Of a DNA stretch of 64,000 nucleotides, positions 20,029 through 29,331 are shown piece by piece. The position numbers and the translations under genes were made by a program. The notes below the pieces were generated by a model. It made no database searches. It worked only from the letters and a program-made list of their open reading frames with translations, and was not told the DNA's origin. Position 1 is the first letter of the stretch; each line of letters opens with the position of its first letter. The DNA is from Promethearchaeota archaeon (lineage in GTDB: Archaea; Asgardarchaeota; Lokiarchaeia; Sigyniarchaeales; SOKP01): the NCBI GenBank assembly GCA_019894975.1, contig JAGXNO010000001.1, forward strand, positions 165,677 through 229,676. The letters are read 5' to 3'.

Positions 20029-21744
20029 TTAGTTGTTTCTTAATAGTTTCTTATCAACTTTCCCGATAACTGTTAAAGGGAGCTCCTCAGAGATCTCTAG
20101 GAGTTTTGGAACTTCATAGGCAGCACAATTTTCTTTCGCAAATGCTATTATATCTTCTTTCAAAGCTTCTTCATTTCCATCATACTCAAAGTTAGGATCT
20201 AGTTGAAAAAATGCCTTCACAATTTCAGAGCCAGGTCTGTCTGGATTTGGGATACCGATAGTAGCAACCGTTTCAATCGCAGGATGCTTGGTAAGAGTAT
20301 CTTCTAATTTAGCCGAAAACACTTTGAAACCACCAACTATAATCATGTCTTTGGTTCTATCAACGATTCTCAAATAACCTTCTTCATCCATGATTGCGAC
20401 ATCCCCTGTATGCATATAACCATCTTTATCAATTGCTTTTTTCGTTTCTTCTGGTTTATTATAATAGCCTTTCATTATTTGAGGGCCTTTAACACATATT
20501 TCCCCTGGTTCACCAAGAGGAACTTCTTTGTCTGTCTCTGGATCTACAAGTTTTAATTCGGTATTTAATAAAGGTAGTCCTATTGATCCCAATTTCCGTT
20601 GACCTTTATAAGGATTCATCGTAGTTAAGGGAGAAGTTTCAGTCATACCGTAAACTTCTAATAATTTGCCCTCTCCAACCATACTCTCCAACTGTTTTTG
20701 AGATTCAACCGGAAAGGGAGATGCAGCAGAAATACAAATTTCTAATTTGGAGTGATCTAATCTTTTGAATTTTCGTGTATTGATTAGTATTTGAAATAAT
20801 GAAGGTACGTTTACAAGTGCAGTTGGTTGATATTTTTTCATCTCATTACAAATCTGTTGGGTATCCCTTGGATTAGGTATTAGAACTTGACCCCAACCAA
20901 GCCAAAAACAGTTCTCACAGAAAAATGTGCCTGCTATGTGGAAAAAAGGAAATCCTGAAAGAGCTATTTTTGCTCCTTTTTCCCAACTGAGCCATTTTTG
21001 CACAATTAATATATCCGATACACAATTTCTGTGCGTTAACATAGCACCTTTAGGTGGACCTGTAGTTCCTCCAGTATATTGGATAAATGCTAGATCCTCA
21101 GGGGAAACCTTAACATTCGGTAAATCTTTGGAGTATTTTGCTAAAACTTCATCATGAAAATCGAGAACCGTTTTTCCTACTAACGGAGTTACCTCCCCTG
21201 ATGGGACTTCTGTAACTGCTTTGATTTTTTCTTGTTGTTCTTTCGGGAAAGAACCTACTACACTCGTCCAAACTACTAGCTTTAATTGTGGTAAATCTGA
21301 TTCAATTTTTTTTAGCCTGGCTTCAAAAATTGCATCTAATGTAACTAATGCTACATTTTTCTTTCCCGCTCCTAAATCTTTCAACTGATAATGCATTTGA
21401 ATATCAGACATGAGAGGACTTACACCAGATACCACACATCCTGCTTTTAAAGTTCCTACAAGGGATATTGGGTATTCTGGTATATTAGGTAAGTTGATTC
21501 CAACGACATCACCTTTCTTAAATCCATTTTCAACTAACATATTCGCAAACTGATTTGAGTATTCATCGATTTGAGAAAATGTGATTTCTAATCCTTGATA
21601 TGTAAATGCTATTTTATCAGGGAATTCGTCAAAAGTACTTCGGATTGCTTCGGTATAAGAGATCTCCCAAATGCTAGGGTCAAGATCCGTTAATCCTTTG
21701 TCCCAACTCTTACGCCAAAATCTATTTGCATATGGACTTTCCAT
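20029..21744 (-). CDS. long-chain acyl-CoA synthetase (AMP-forming)
   Basis: QYTGGTTGPPKG, YGMTETSP, TGD, VDRTKDMI, GKVDKK. Confidence 0.93.
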   Translation of the reverse strand: MESPYANRFWRKSWDKGLTDLDPSIWEISYTEAIRSTFDEFPDKIAFTYQGLEITFSQIDEYSNQFANMLVENGFKKGDVVGINLPNIPEYPISLVGTLKAGCVVSGVSPLMSDIQMHYQLKDLGAGKKNVALVTLDAIFEARLKKIESDLPQLKLVVWTSVVGSFPKEQQEKIKAVTEVPSGEVTPLVGKTVLDFHDEVLAKYSKDLPNVKVSPEDLAFIQYTGGTTGPPKGAMLTHRNCVSDILIVQKWLSWEKGAKIALSGFPFFHIAGTFFCENCFWLGWGQVLIPNPRDTQQICNEMKKYQPTALVNVPSLFQILINTRKFKRLDHSKLEICISAASPFPVESQKQLESMVGEGKLLEVYGMTETSPLTTMNPYKGQRKLGSIGLPLLNTELKLVDPETDKEVPLGEPGEICVKGPQIMKGYYNKPEETKKAIDKDGYMHTGDVAIMDEEGYLRIVDRTKDMIIVGGFKVFSAKLEDTLTKHPAIETVATIGIPNPDRPGSEIVKAFFQLDPNFEYDGNEEALKEDIIAFAKENCAAYEVPKLLEISEELPLTVIGKVDKKLLRNN

Positions 21745-21971
21745 TTTAGATTCCTTTTTAACTTCATTTGGATTGAATTTTTATATAAAAGTGTTAATAT
21801 TAATTATAGCTCTAATCAGTTAAAAAGTTTTAATTAATAGTTAGATGTAATAAAAAAAGAGAAAATGAAAAAAATGCTTTTATCGATATATCTCTATTAT
21901 TTAGTTTTATTCACGAGTATTAATTAAACTGTTGAGGAAAACATCTAAAATAAAGAAAAAGAAAAATGTAT

Positions 21972-23690
21972 TTAATTTTTACGTAATAACTTCTTATCTA
22001 CTTTTCCAACACTCGTAACTGGCATTTCATCGATAATTTCAAACGATTTTGGCACTTCATATGAAGCACAATTCTCTTTAGCAAATGCTATAATATCATC
22101 TTTTAATGCTTCCTCATTACCATCATATTTAAAATCAGGATCCAGTTGAATAAACGCTTTTACAGTTTCAGAGCCAGGTCTGTCGGGATTTGGAATTCCT
22201 ATAGTAGCAACCATTTCAATAGCAGGGTGCCCGGTTAAAGTATCTTCTAATTTTGCGGAGAAAACCTTATACCCTCCAACAATAATCATATCCTTGGTTC
22301 TGTCTACAATTTTTACGTATCCTTCATCATCCATGACGCCCATATCCCCTGTATGCATGAATCCATTAGAATCTACAGCTTTTTTAGTTTCTTCCGGCTT
22401 GTTATAGTATTCTTTCATAACCATCGGTCCTTTGATACAAATTTCTCCTGGTTCACCAATTGGTACCTCTTTCCCCGTTTCAGGATCAAGTAATTTGAAA
22501 TCTACATTTGGGAATGGAAGACCGACATGTCCAAGCTTCTTTTTGCCTTTCGAAGGATTTCCAATGGTTAAAGGTGAAGTTTCAGTCATACCATATAATT
22601 CTATTAACTTTCCTTCTCCAATAACACTTTCTAATATCTCTTGTGACTCTTTTGGGAAAGGTGCTGCTGCTGAAATTACAAAATCAATCATTTCCTTATC
22701 GATTTTTTTGAATTTTGGATTCTTTAGGAGCATTTGATATAATGTTGGAACATTCGCTAATATACTTGGTCGATATTTCAACATTTCTTTTATGATGTGA
22801 CCAGTATCTCGTGGATTTGGGATTAAGATTTGACTCCAGCCTAACATTATTACATTTGCACAAGTGAATAATCCCGCGATGTGAAAAAATGGAAATCCTG
22901 ATAAACCAAAACCCTTACCAAACTCCCAGCTAAGCCAATATTGGAATATAATTACATCAGATACAAAATTTCTGTGACTAAGCATGGCTCCTTTAGGCGG
23001 CCCTGTTGTCCCTCCAGTGTACTGGATAAAAGCAATATCGTCTGGTCCAATTTTTGTTTTTGGTAATTCTCCAGAAAATTTTCCTTTAATATGTTTGTGA
23101 TATTCAAGAACAGTTATTCCTTTGAGTGGAGTAACTTTTCCTTTGGGAATTTTCCCTACTAACTTTCCCATCGTTGCTAAGAACTTCGGCATGAACCCAC
23201 CTACACTACTAGTAACCACTAATTTTAGTGCGGGAATCTGAGTATAAATCTTCGTTATATGACCAGCAAACACGGCATCCAAACACAGAAGTGCTACTTT
23301 TTTTCCACCAGATCCTAAATCGTTCAATTGATATTGGATTTGAACTGCTGAAAGAAGTGGAGAAACTCCAGAAATTATTAATCCCGCCTTTAATCCTGCT
23401 AACACACCAATTACATACTCTGGTATGTTTACAAGACATATTGCCAAAACATCTCCCTTTTTAAAACCATTTTCAATTAACATATTAGAAAATTCATTTG
23501 AGAGCTTATCCAATTCAGCATATGATATTTCTTCTCCGTAGAAAAAGAAAGCTGCTTTTTCGGGAACTTCTTCAAATGTTCTTCTTATCGCTTGAGTAAA
23601 AGATGTTTCAAATTCCTTAGGATCTACATCGCTTATGCCCTTGTCGTAGCTTTTAGCTTGCCAGAAGCGATCTTCATATTTTTTTGACAT
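21972..23690 (-). CDS. long-chain acyl-CoA synthetase (tandem paralog)
   Basis: Same motif set; C-terminal domain closely similar to the neighbouring gene. Confidence 0.93.
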   Translation of the reverse strand: MSKKYEDRFWQAKSYDKGISDVDPKEFETSFTQAIRRTFEEVPEKAAFFFYGEEISYAELDKLSNEFSNMLIENGFKKGDVLAICLVNIPEYVIGVLAGLKAGLIISGVSPLLSAVQIQYQLNDLGSGGKKVALLCLDAVFAGHITKIYTQIPALKLVVTSSVGGFMPKFLATMGKLVGKIPKGKVTPLKGITVLEYHKHIKGKFSGELPKTKIGPDDIAFIQYTGGTTGPPKGAMLSHRNFVSDVIIFQYWLSWEFGKGFGLSGFPFFHIAGLFTCANVIMLGWSQILIPNPRDTGHIIKEMLKYRPSILANVPTLYQMLLKNPKFKKIDKEMIDFVISAAAPFPKESQEILESVIGEGKLIELYGMTETSPLTIGNPSKGKKKLGHVGLPFPNVDFKLLDPETGKEVPIGEPGEICIKGPMVMKEYYNKPEETKKAVDSNGFMHTGDMGVMDDEGYVKIVDRTKDMIIVGGYKVFSAKLEDTLTGHPAIEMVATIGIPNPDRPGSETVKAFIQLDPDFKYDGNEEALKDDIIAFAKENCASYEVPKSFEIIDEMPVTSVGKVDKKLLRKN

Positions 23691-23912
23691 TTTTTTTCTC
23701 TAATTATTTGTTTTAAAATTGATAATATATTATTTGACGTGACTTATTATAAAGTTTGATTAATACAGATGGATGGAAGAAATTCGCTAATTAATGAATT
23801 GATAAACCGTGAAGTAGAAGTTCTTTAGAACTAAAAATACAGAACTAAATTATAAAAAAAAAAAAATTAATTATTCAAGATCCTGTTTTAATAATTTACC
23901 TTTTTTACCATT

Positions 23913-24146
23913 TTAGCGTGGATGACCTAAGCTATAATAAGATCTTAAGGCATCTAAATTAACTGTGTATGATTCTTTTTCCTCCTTATATCTCGGATTA
24001 TATAACATATTTAATTGAAGTTCTCTAAATTTGCGATTTTGCTTCTCTTCTTTTATACTATCTTCTTTATCATCTTGATAAATTTCAACTACAACAGAAC
24101 CTTCTTCTTTTGCCCATTCTTTTAACTTTAACAAATTTTTCACCAT
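23913..24146 (-). CDS. small hypothetical protein
   Basis: 77-aa ORF with an ATG and an AGGT-containing upstream sequence; no recognised motif. Confidence 0.5.
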   Translation of the reverse strand: MVKNLLKLKEWAKEEGSVVVEIYQDDKEDSIKEEKQNRKFRELQLNMLYNPRYKEEKESYTVNLDALRSYYSLGHPR

Positions 24147-24844
24147 AATTTTTTACCTTTTTTTTTAATTTACTTTTATTTTTAAATAAACATATTTAAT
24201 TATTCAATTTTGGAGCTTAAGAGCATCAGAGCTATTACTGTGTAGAAGAACAGTAAGATATTTGAGTAAAACAATTGTAGCAGTACTAAAATTTCTCAAA
24301 TTGTTTAGAACACATAAACAATCATACTTTTCGAATAAAATCTTCTAATCATAATTCATCAAATTTTAGTTAGTGATTTATGAAATCTAGTTGGATCGAC
24401 AATTCTAAAAAAGAAATTTAGCTATTTATGTCTTATAATTTTCCAAGATATTACGCCAATGACCGGTAACTTTGCTCAAAAAAGCAAAGATATATATTCG
24501 AAGCGATCTTATTGTCACATGAGCTAAACCAAAAAAGCAAAACTTTATATACATAAGTGTCTTAAAATATATTATAAATCCTAAAATCATTTATTTCATT
24601 TTTTTGTAAAAATTTTGAGAATAAACCAGAGTATTTTTGTCGGATATCTCTCATCTTTTTAACCTTTACCTCGTTTTATTTTTACTTCTACTCTCCTCTC
24701 CCTGTCTCCATATAACAATTATTCTTTTAAAGATAAAACTATTCCTAAGAAAAGGAATGATATTTCTGAATCTTGGATAAAACCCGTATATTTCAGAAAA
24801 TTGTCGGTGTATTCTTGTTTTATTTTGAAAAATCGTTATGATAT

Positions 24845-25594
24845 ATGATGAGTTACAGATCAGGATATGCGGTGTTCAAGAAGAACAGCCATTCTCCACC
24901 CATTTCAAGCGGAGATAAAACCCTTGATGAGTTGCTTTCTGGAGGATTCCATCAAGACTTAGTTTATTTGCTTTATGGAGATAAAAAATTAACCACTAAT
25001 ATTTTGTTAACAACTTCCGTCATTGTCCAAAAAGCATTTAACAACGGAGGGTTGGGTGAGGGTATCAGAGTGGCCTTTGTTGATGGGAATAATCGCTTTA
25101 ATCCCTACAACGTAAGCAAATATGCGGTTTCACAAAATTTATCCCCTCAGAAAGTCTTGGAAAATATCTTGATCTCACGAGCGTTTACATTCGACCAAAT
25201 CATTGAAATTCTGGAAAATAGGCTTTCAATGCTTGAAGATGTGAAAGTTGTGTTAATCTCTGGAATTACCACTATGTTCGAAGGATATGAAAAGCAGACT
25301 TTCGAAGAACTCCTAAGAGCAATAGATGGAATCAAACAAATGCTCTGGAAGACAAAACCCCTCATTATAATAACTGCCCCTTTGCATGAGCATTCTCTTT
25401 TCAGACCAAAAGGGGGAAAAATTCTTTCGCATTTTGGGAGTGTGTTGGTGATGATAAATGATGATGAAAGATACGATGAATATGTTCTCGTACAACACCC
25501 TTATCTTCCGGAGAACCGGTTACTAAAATGGAAACCTCGAACTTCTAAGAAGAAAGTCCCGTTAAAGAATGCGACGATAGATTGCTGGATTTAG
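24845..25594 (+). CDS. inactive RadA/RecA-like protein (PolB2-associated, ImuA-analogous)
   Basis: SSGDKTLDELLSGG, AFVDGNNRFNPY and LENILISRAFT are RadA-like; Walker A is degenerate (LYGDKKLTT); C-terminal NATIDCWI. Confidence 0.85.
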   Translation: MMSYRSGYAVFKKNSHSPPISSGDKTLDELLSGGFHQDLVYLLYGDKKLTTNILLTTSVIVQKAFNNGGLGEGIRVAFVDGNNRFNPYNVSKYAVSQNLSPQKVLENILISRAFTFDQIIEILENRLSMLEDVKVVLISGITTMFEGYEKQTFEELLRAIDGIKQMLWKTKPLIIITAPLHEHSLFRPKGGKILSHFGSVLVMINDDERYDEYVLVQHPYLPENRLLKWKPRTSKKKVPLKNATIDCWI

Positions 25595-25794
25595 AGATAT
25601 CACCAAAAAGCTTTCTCGAATTTATCTATAGTGTCCAGCAAACTATCTTTAATTCATAACCTTGAGCTTTTTAATGACTTACTTGTCAAAAATCACATTT
25701 GTTAAGAAAATGTGAGTTTGTATAAGCTTTTAAATAATATGCAATAATTTTCAGTATTATCTAAGAAAAATAATTTGTATGGATGTGAATAAAA

Positions 25795-26322
25795 TTGGAC
25801 ATGAAAACATTTAAAAAGACATTTATATTTGTCTGTGATGATTGTGGAGAATTTGCACCTGCAAAACTGGAATATTGCGAAAATTGCGGGGAAAAGACTT
25901 TAAGGAAGGCAACAAATGAGGATTATACGAGATATGAAATGGAAACAAAAAGAGACGATAAAGAACAGCGGATAGAATTTGAGAAAGCTGATGAAATTAG
26001 GATGGTTGCTGAGAGGGCTGAGAACGTAGTTGAGAAAGCTAAGAACGTAGTTGAGAAGGCTGAGAAAAAAGCTAAGAAAGCGTCTGAGAAGCCAGTCAAG
26101 ACAACTGAGAATGCTGAAAATATAGCTAAGAAGGCGTCTGAGAAGGCTGAGAAGGCAGCTGAAAAAGCTGAGAAGGCAATTAAGCAGGCCGCTGAAAAAG
26201 CTAAGAGGAAAGCAGAGAAAACTAAGCAGACCGCTGAGAACGCTAAGAAAGAGGCTGAGAACGCTAAGAAGAAAGTTGAGAGAACTAAACAGGAAGCTAA
26301 GACGAAAACAGAAAAGTCATAG
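25795..26322 (+). CDS. Zn-ribbon protein with Ala/Glu/Lys-rich repetitive tail
   Basis: CDDC...CENC, then about 100 aa of AEKA/AKKA repeats, with 21-nt repeats at DNA level. Confidence 0.75.
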   Translation: MDMKTFKKTFIFVCDDCGEFAPAKLEYCENCGEKTLRKATNEDYTRYEMETKRDDKEQRIEFEKADEIRMVAERAENVVEKAKNVVEKAEKKAKKASEKPVKTTENAENIAKKASEKAEKAAEKAEKAIKQAAEKAKRKAEKTKQTAENAKKEAENAKKKVERTKQEAKTKTEKS

Positions 26323-26539
26323 CTTTTTGATGTTAATCTATTTTTTTTTCGAGGTTTAGTGATAGTCTAGTTATTTTAAGAGATTTGTAGCATATGACTA
26401 ACTAAAAATCTTTGAGTGACGTATTTATTCGTTTTTTCTTCATAATGGACTTCAAAAATCAGAAAATTTGTTATGTACTTTCTTTTTAATCAACTGAAAC
26501 ACTTCTTTTCTGGGATTTAAAAGAACAGATGTGTGAAAA

Positions 26540-26812
26540 ATGGGAAGAACAGTTCCGTCATTTAGACCTGCATTGGAACATGAGATTGAAAGCTGGAAGA
26601 ATTTCAAAAGGGCTCTAAGGCCTGAAGAACAAAAAATATTTAACAAGCTGATGAATTATGCTCGAATCCATGCAGATGCAGGCAGTATGAGTGCACGCCC
26701 AATGCTCTCAGAAATATTATTCATCTCCTTTGCGGTTGAACAAGAAAAAAGGATCGAGATACTAGAAGAGAAGGTTGAAGAATTAGAAAATGTACTAAGA
26801 GGAAAAGAATAG
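26540..26812 (+). CDS. small PolB2-associated protein (arCOG07300-like)
   Basis: The MGRTVPSFR...W..FKRALR.EEQ.IF..L...AR.H pattern matches the small protein encoded upstream of archaeal polB2; 2 nt from the polB2 start. Confidence 0.85.
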   Translation: MGRTVPSFRPALEHEIESWKNFKRALRPEEQKIFNKLMNYARIHADAGSMSARPMLSEILFISFAVEQEKRIEILEEKVEELENVLRGKE

Positions 26813-26814
26813 GT

Positions 26815-29223
26815 TTGGTTTTTCAAGAAAAATTTGATGGTTGGCTTTTAGATGTATCCACCTATGGCAATGGGGTTATTCTTTGGGTAAAAACAATAAA
26901 AGAGCAAAAGATTGTAAAAATATTTCATGATTTTTGCCCTGAATTTTTTGCGGTTCCAAGACGACATGCGGGTAAGGATTTTAAGAGATTAATACAAATT
27001 CTCAAATCACATGATAATGTAAGTAAAGTGAGAATTTGTGAGAAATATGTAAAGCTAGAGGAGCATGAAAAAACCAAAATCTTTGGCGTTTCTGTAATAA
27101 AACCTTCAGTATTTAAAAAAACAATCAAAGAAATCGATGAAATTGAGCTTTTTACACTATATAACACAGATCTACCAATCGCTCAGATGTATTTCTACGT
27201 AAATGACTTATTTCCTATGTCTTTATGTGGGTTTAAGGTCAAACTTGAAAAGAAGAAGAAAGCTGATGGATACTTTATGCGTTTAGTCTCGTTAGAATTA
27301 AAAGACGATAACGAAAAGTTGTTTTACGATTTACCTCCTCTTAAAGCGGTCTGGTTGGATATTAAGATACAGCAACAAGGAATGAGATCATATTTTAACG
27401 ATCCTCTAGCATACGTCGAAGTGAGTATTGTTGAAAAAGATGAAAAAGCCAACATTCCACGGGCAGACGGACAGAGAAAGAAAAAAATTCTAATTGATGA
27501 AGCTGATGAGGCTGAAACTATCAAGAAGATCAGTAAAGTAATTGAAAGATTAAATCCCGATATTATCCTTACGCATGGAGGTGATGAGTTTGTGTTTCCA
27601 TACTTGGTTGCACGAGCATCAGTAAATCATGTCTCTAAGGATCTATATCTCTCTCGCACCAGGACACCCCTTAAAAACTGTATTTTTCAGCTTTCAGGAA
27701 ACTCTGATCATTATATGACCTATGGGATGATAATGCGCCGTTCCAAGACTCAAGTATATCTTACTGGTCGTTTTCATTTGGATACTACTACTTATGGCAG
27801 TTTGCACTTTAGTGAAGGTAATATACCTGGTGTTATTGAAGTCGCAAGAATCTCTCGAGTACCAATGCAAAGATTATGTAGGGTAACTATTGGGGGGGCA
27901 CTTCAATCAATACAGTACTATAATGCATATAAGCTAGATCATCTTATTCCTCCTTTTAAGAAGAGCCCAGAAGACTTTCGAAATGGTATGGAACTCATTG
28001 TTAATGATCGAGGAGGCCATATTTTTGAACCCTTAATCGGTGTTTTTGATCAAGTTGCGGAACTAGACTTTTCAAGCATGTATCCTTCTCTAATGGCTAA
28101 CTTCAACATTTCTTCAGAAACTATAAACTGTAAGTGCTGTAAGGATGACGGAACAGGAGTTAAAGTTCCTGGCACAAGTTTCCACATCTGTTCAAAGCGA
28201 GAAGGAATCATCTCCAAATCCATTAGCTTACCTCTCAAAAAACGCCTATATTACAAGGAATACAACAAGACACATGATGATCTACGGTACAAATTTACTG
28301 ATATTGCATTAAAATGGGTGCTTGTAGTGAGTTTTGGGTATCTGGGTTTTAAGAATGCTCGTTTTGGTAAAATTGAAGCACATCAGACGGTTTGTGCTTT
28401 TGCACGCGAATTCCTCATGCGATCTGCAGAAATAGCTCAAAATCATGGTTGTAAAGTTGTCCATGGAATTGTTGATTCAATGTGGCTTCAAGATACGAAA
28501 GGAAGAACTCCAAAAGAATTCGAAGAATTAACAAAGAAAATTGCAGATGAAATATCTGATAATATTGGTATTCCAATGAGTTGGGACGGATTATTTGATA
28601 CTATCGTCTTTTTACCCTCCCGAGCAGAACCTGATATCCCCGCACTTAGTCATTATTGGGGAATAAAAAATGATGGGGAGATCAAGGTAAGAGGTATTGA
28701 GGTCAGACGTAGAGATATACCAAAAATAGTAAAAGATGCTCAATATGCTTTTATTGATATTTTTCAAGGTGCAAAGACTGTTGAGGAGTTTACAAAAAGG
28801 ATTCCAGAAGCAAAGAAAAAACTTTATGAATATGCCGAAAGAGTCTATTCGGGTAATGTTACACGTGAAGAACTTACAATTCGACAAAAGATCTCTCGTC
28901 GACCTTCACAATACAAAGTTAACAGTTACCAGGCTGTAGCTGCTAAACAGCTTGAGCGCTCTGGAGTAATAGCATCAGCAGGAAAAAACGTTCGTTATAT
29001 TATTCTTAACGCTGAAGCAAACCCTGATTTTCCCGAAAAGAAGGTAATCCTATCCGATCTATTTGATGAAAAAAAGCATGAGTATGACAGAAAAAAATAT
29101 GTAGAATTGCTAAAAAGATCTTTTGAAAACATTCTTCCTTTCGAATTTCCTGAACTTGAGGAATTACTAAAATCTGATTATAACAAAAAATCAATTCAAA
29201 GAGATCTATCTTGTTTTATTTAG
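26815..29223 (+). CDS. polB2: family B DNA polymerase, PolB2 group
   Basis: Motif A ELDFSSMYPS, motif B KWVLVVSFGYLG, motif C HGIVDS (instead of YGDTDS), KVRGIEVRRRD, eroded exonuclease motifs, CKCC..HIC insert, C-terminal PIP-like QRDLSCFI. Confidence 0.92.
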   Translation: MVFQEKFDGWLLDVSTYGNGVILWVKTIKEQKIVKIFHDFCPEFFAVPRRHAGKDFKRLIQILKSHDNVSKVRICEKYVKLEEHEKTKIFGVSVIKPSVFKKTIKEIDEIELFTLYNTDLPIAQMYFYVNDLFPMSLCGFKVKLEKKKKADGYFMRLVSLELKDDNEKLFYDLPPLKAVWLDIKIQQQGMRSYFNDPLAYVEVSIVEKDEKANIPRADGQRKKKILIDEADEAETIKKISKVIERLNPDIILTHGGDEFVFPYLVARASVNHVSKDLYLSRTRTPLKNCIFQLSGNSDHYMTYGMIMRRSKTQVYLTGRFHLDTTTYGSLHFSEGNIPGVIEVARISRVPMQRLCRVTIGGALQSIQYYNAYKLDHLIPPFKKSPEDFRNGMELIVNDRGGHIFEPLIGVFDQVAELDFSSMYPSLMANFNISSETINCKCCKDDGTGVKVPGTSFHICSKREGIISKSISLPLKKRLYYKEYNKTHDDLRYKFTDIALKWVLVVSFGYLGFKNARFGKIEAHQTVCAFAREFLMRSAEIAQNHGCKVVHGIVDSMWLQDTKGRTPKEFEELTKKIADEISDNIGIPMSWDGLFDTIVFLPSRAEPDIPALSHYWGIKNDGEIKVRGIEVRRRDIPKIVKDAQYAFIDIFQGAKTVEEFTKRIPEAKKKLYEYAERVYSGNVTREELTIRQKISRRPSQYKVNSYQAVAAKQLERSGVIASAGKNVRYIILNAEANPDFPEKKVILSDLFDEKKHEYDRKKYVELLKRSFENILPFEFPELEELLKSDYNKKSIQRDLSCFI

Positions 29224-29331
29224 GAGATTAGGAGTCCCGACATAAAAATGTGATAACTTATTTCTAGCGACAAAAAGGTATAATAACCCCTTAATAGTTT
29301 CCTTTAAATATGGATCACTCAATACATATAT

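Noticed and set aside
24235-24322. Three consecutive short AT-rich inverted repeats upstream of the 77-aa ORF
   Set aside because: Stems are 7-8 bp, AT-rich and lack stable tetraloops; plausible by chance.
25990-26300. Short tandem repeats as a CRISPR array
   Set aside because: They are in-frame coding repeats without unique spacers, and no cas genes are present.
24634-29276. Inward-facing TTGTCGG/CCGACA copies as terminal inverted repeats of a polB-carrying mobile element (casposon-like)
   Set aside because: No Cas1, integrase or transposase, no target-site duplication, the polymerase is cellular PolB2-type, and the motif also occurs outside the interval.
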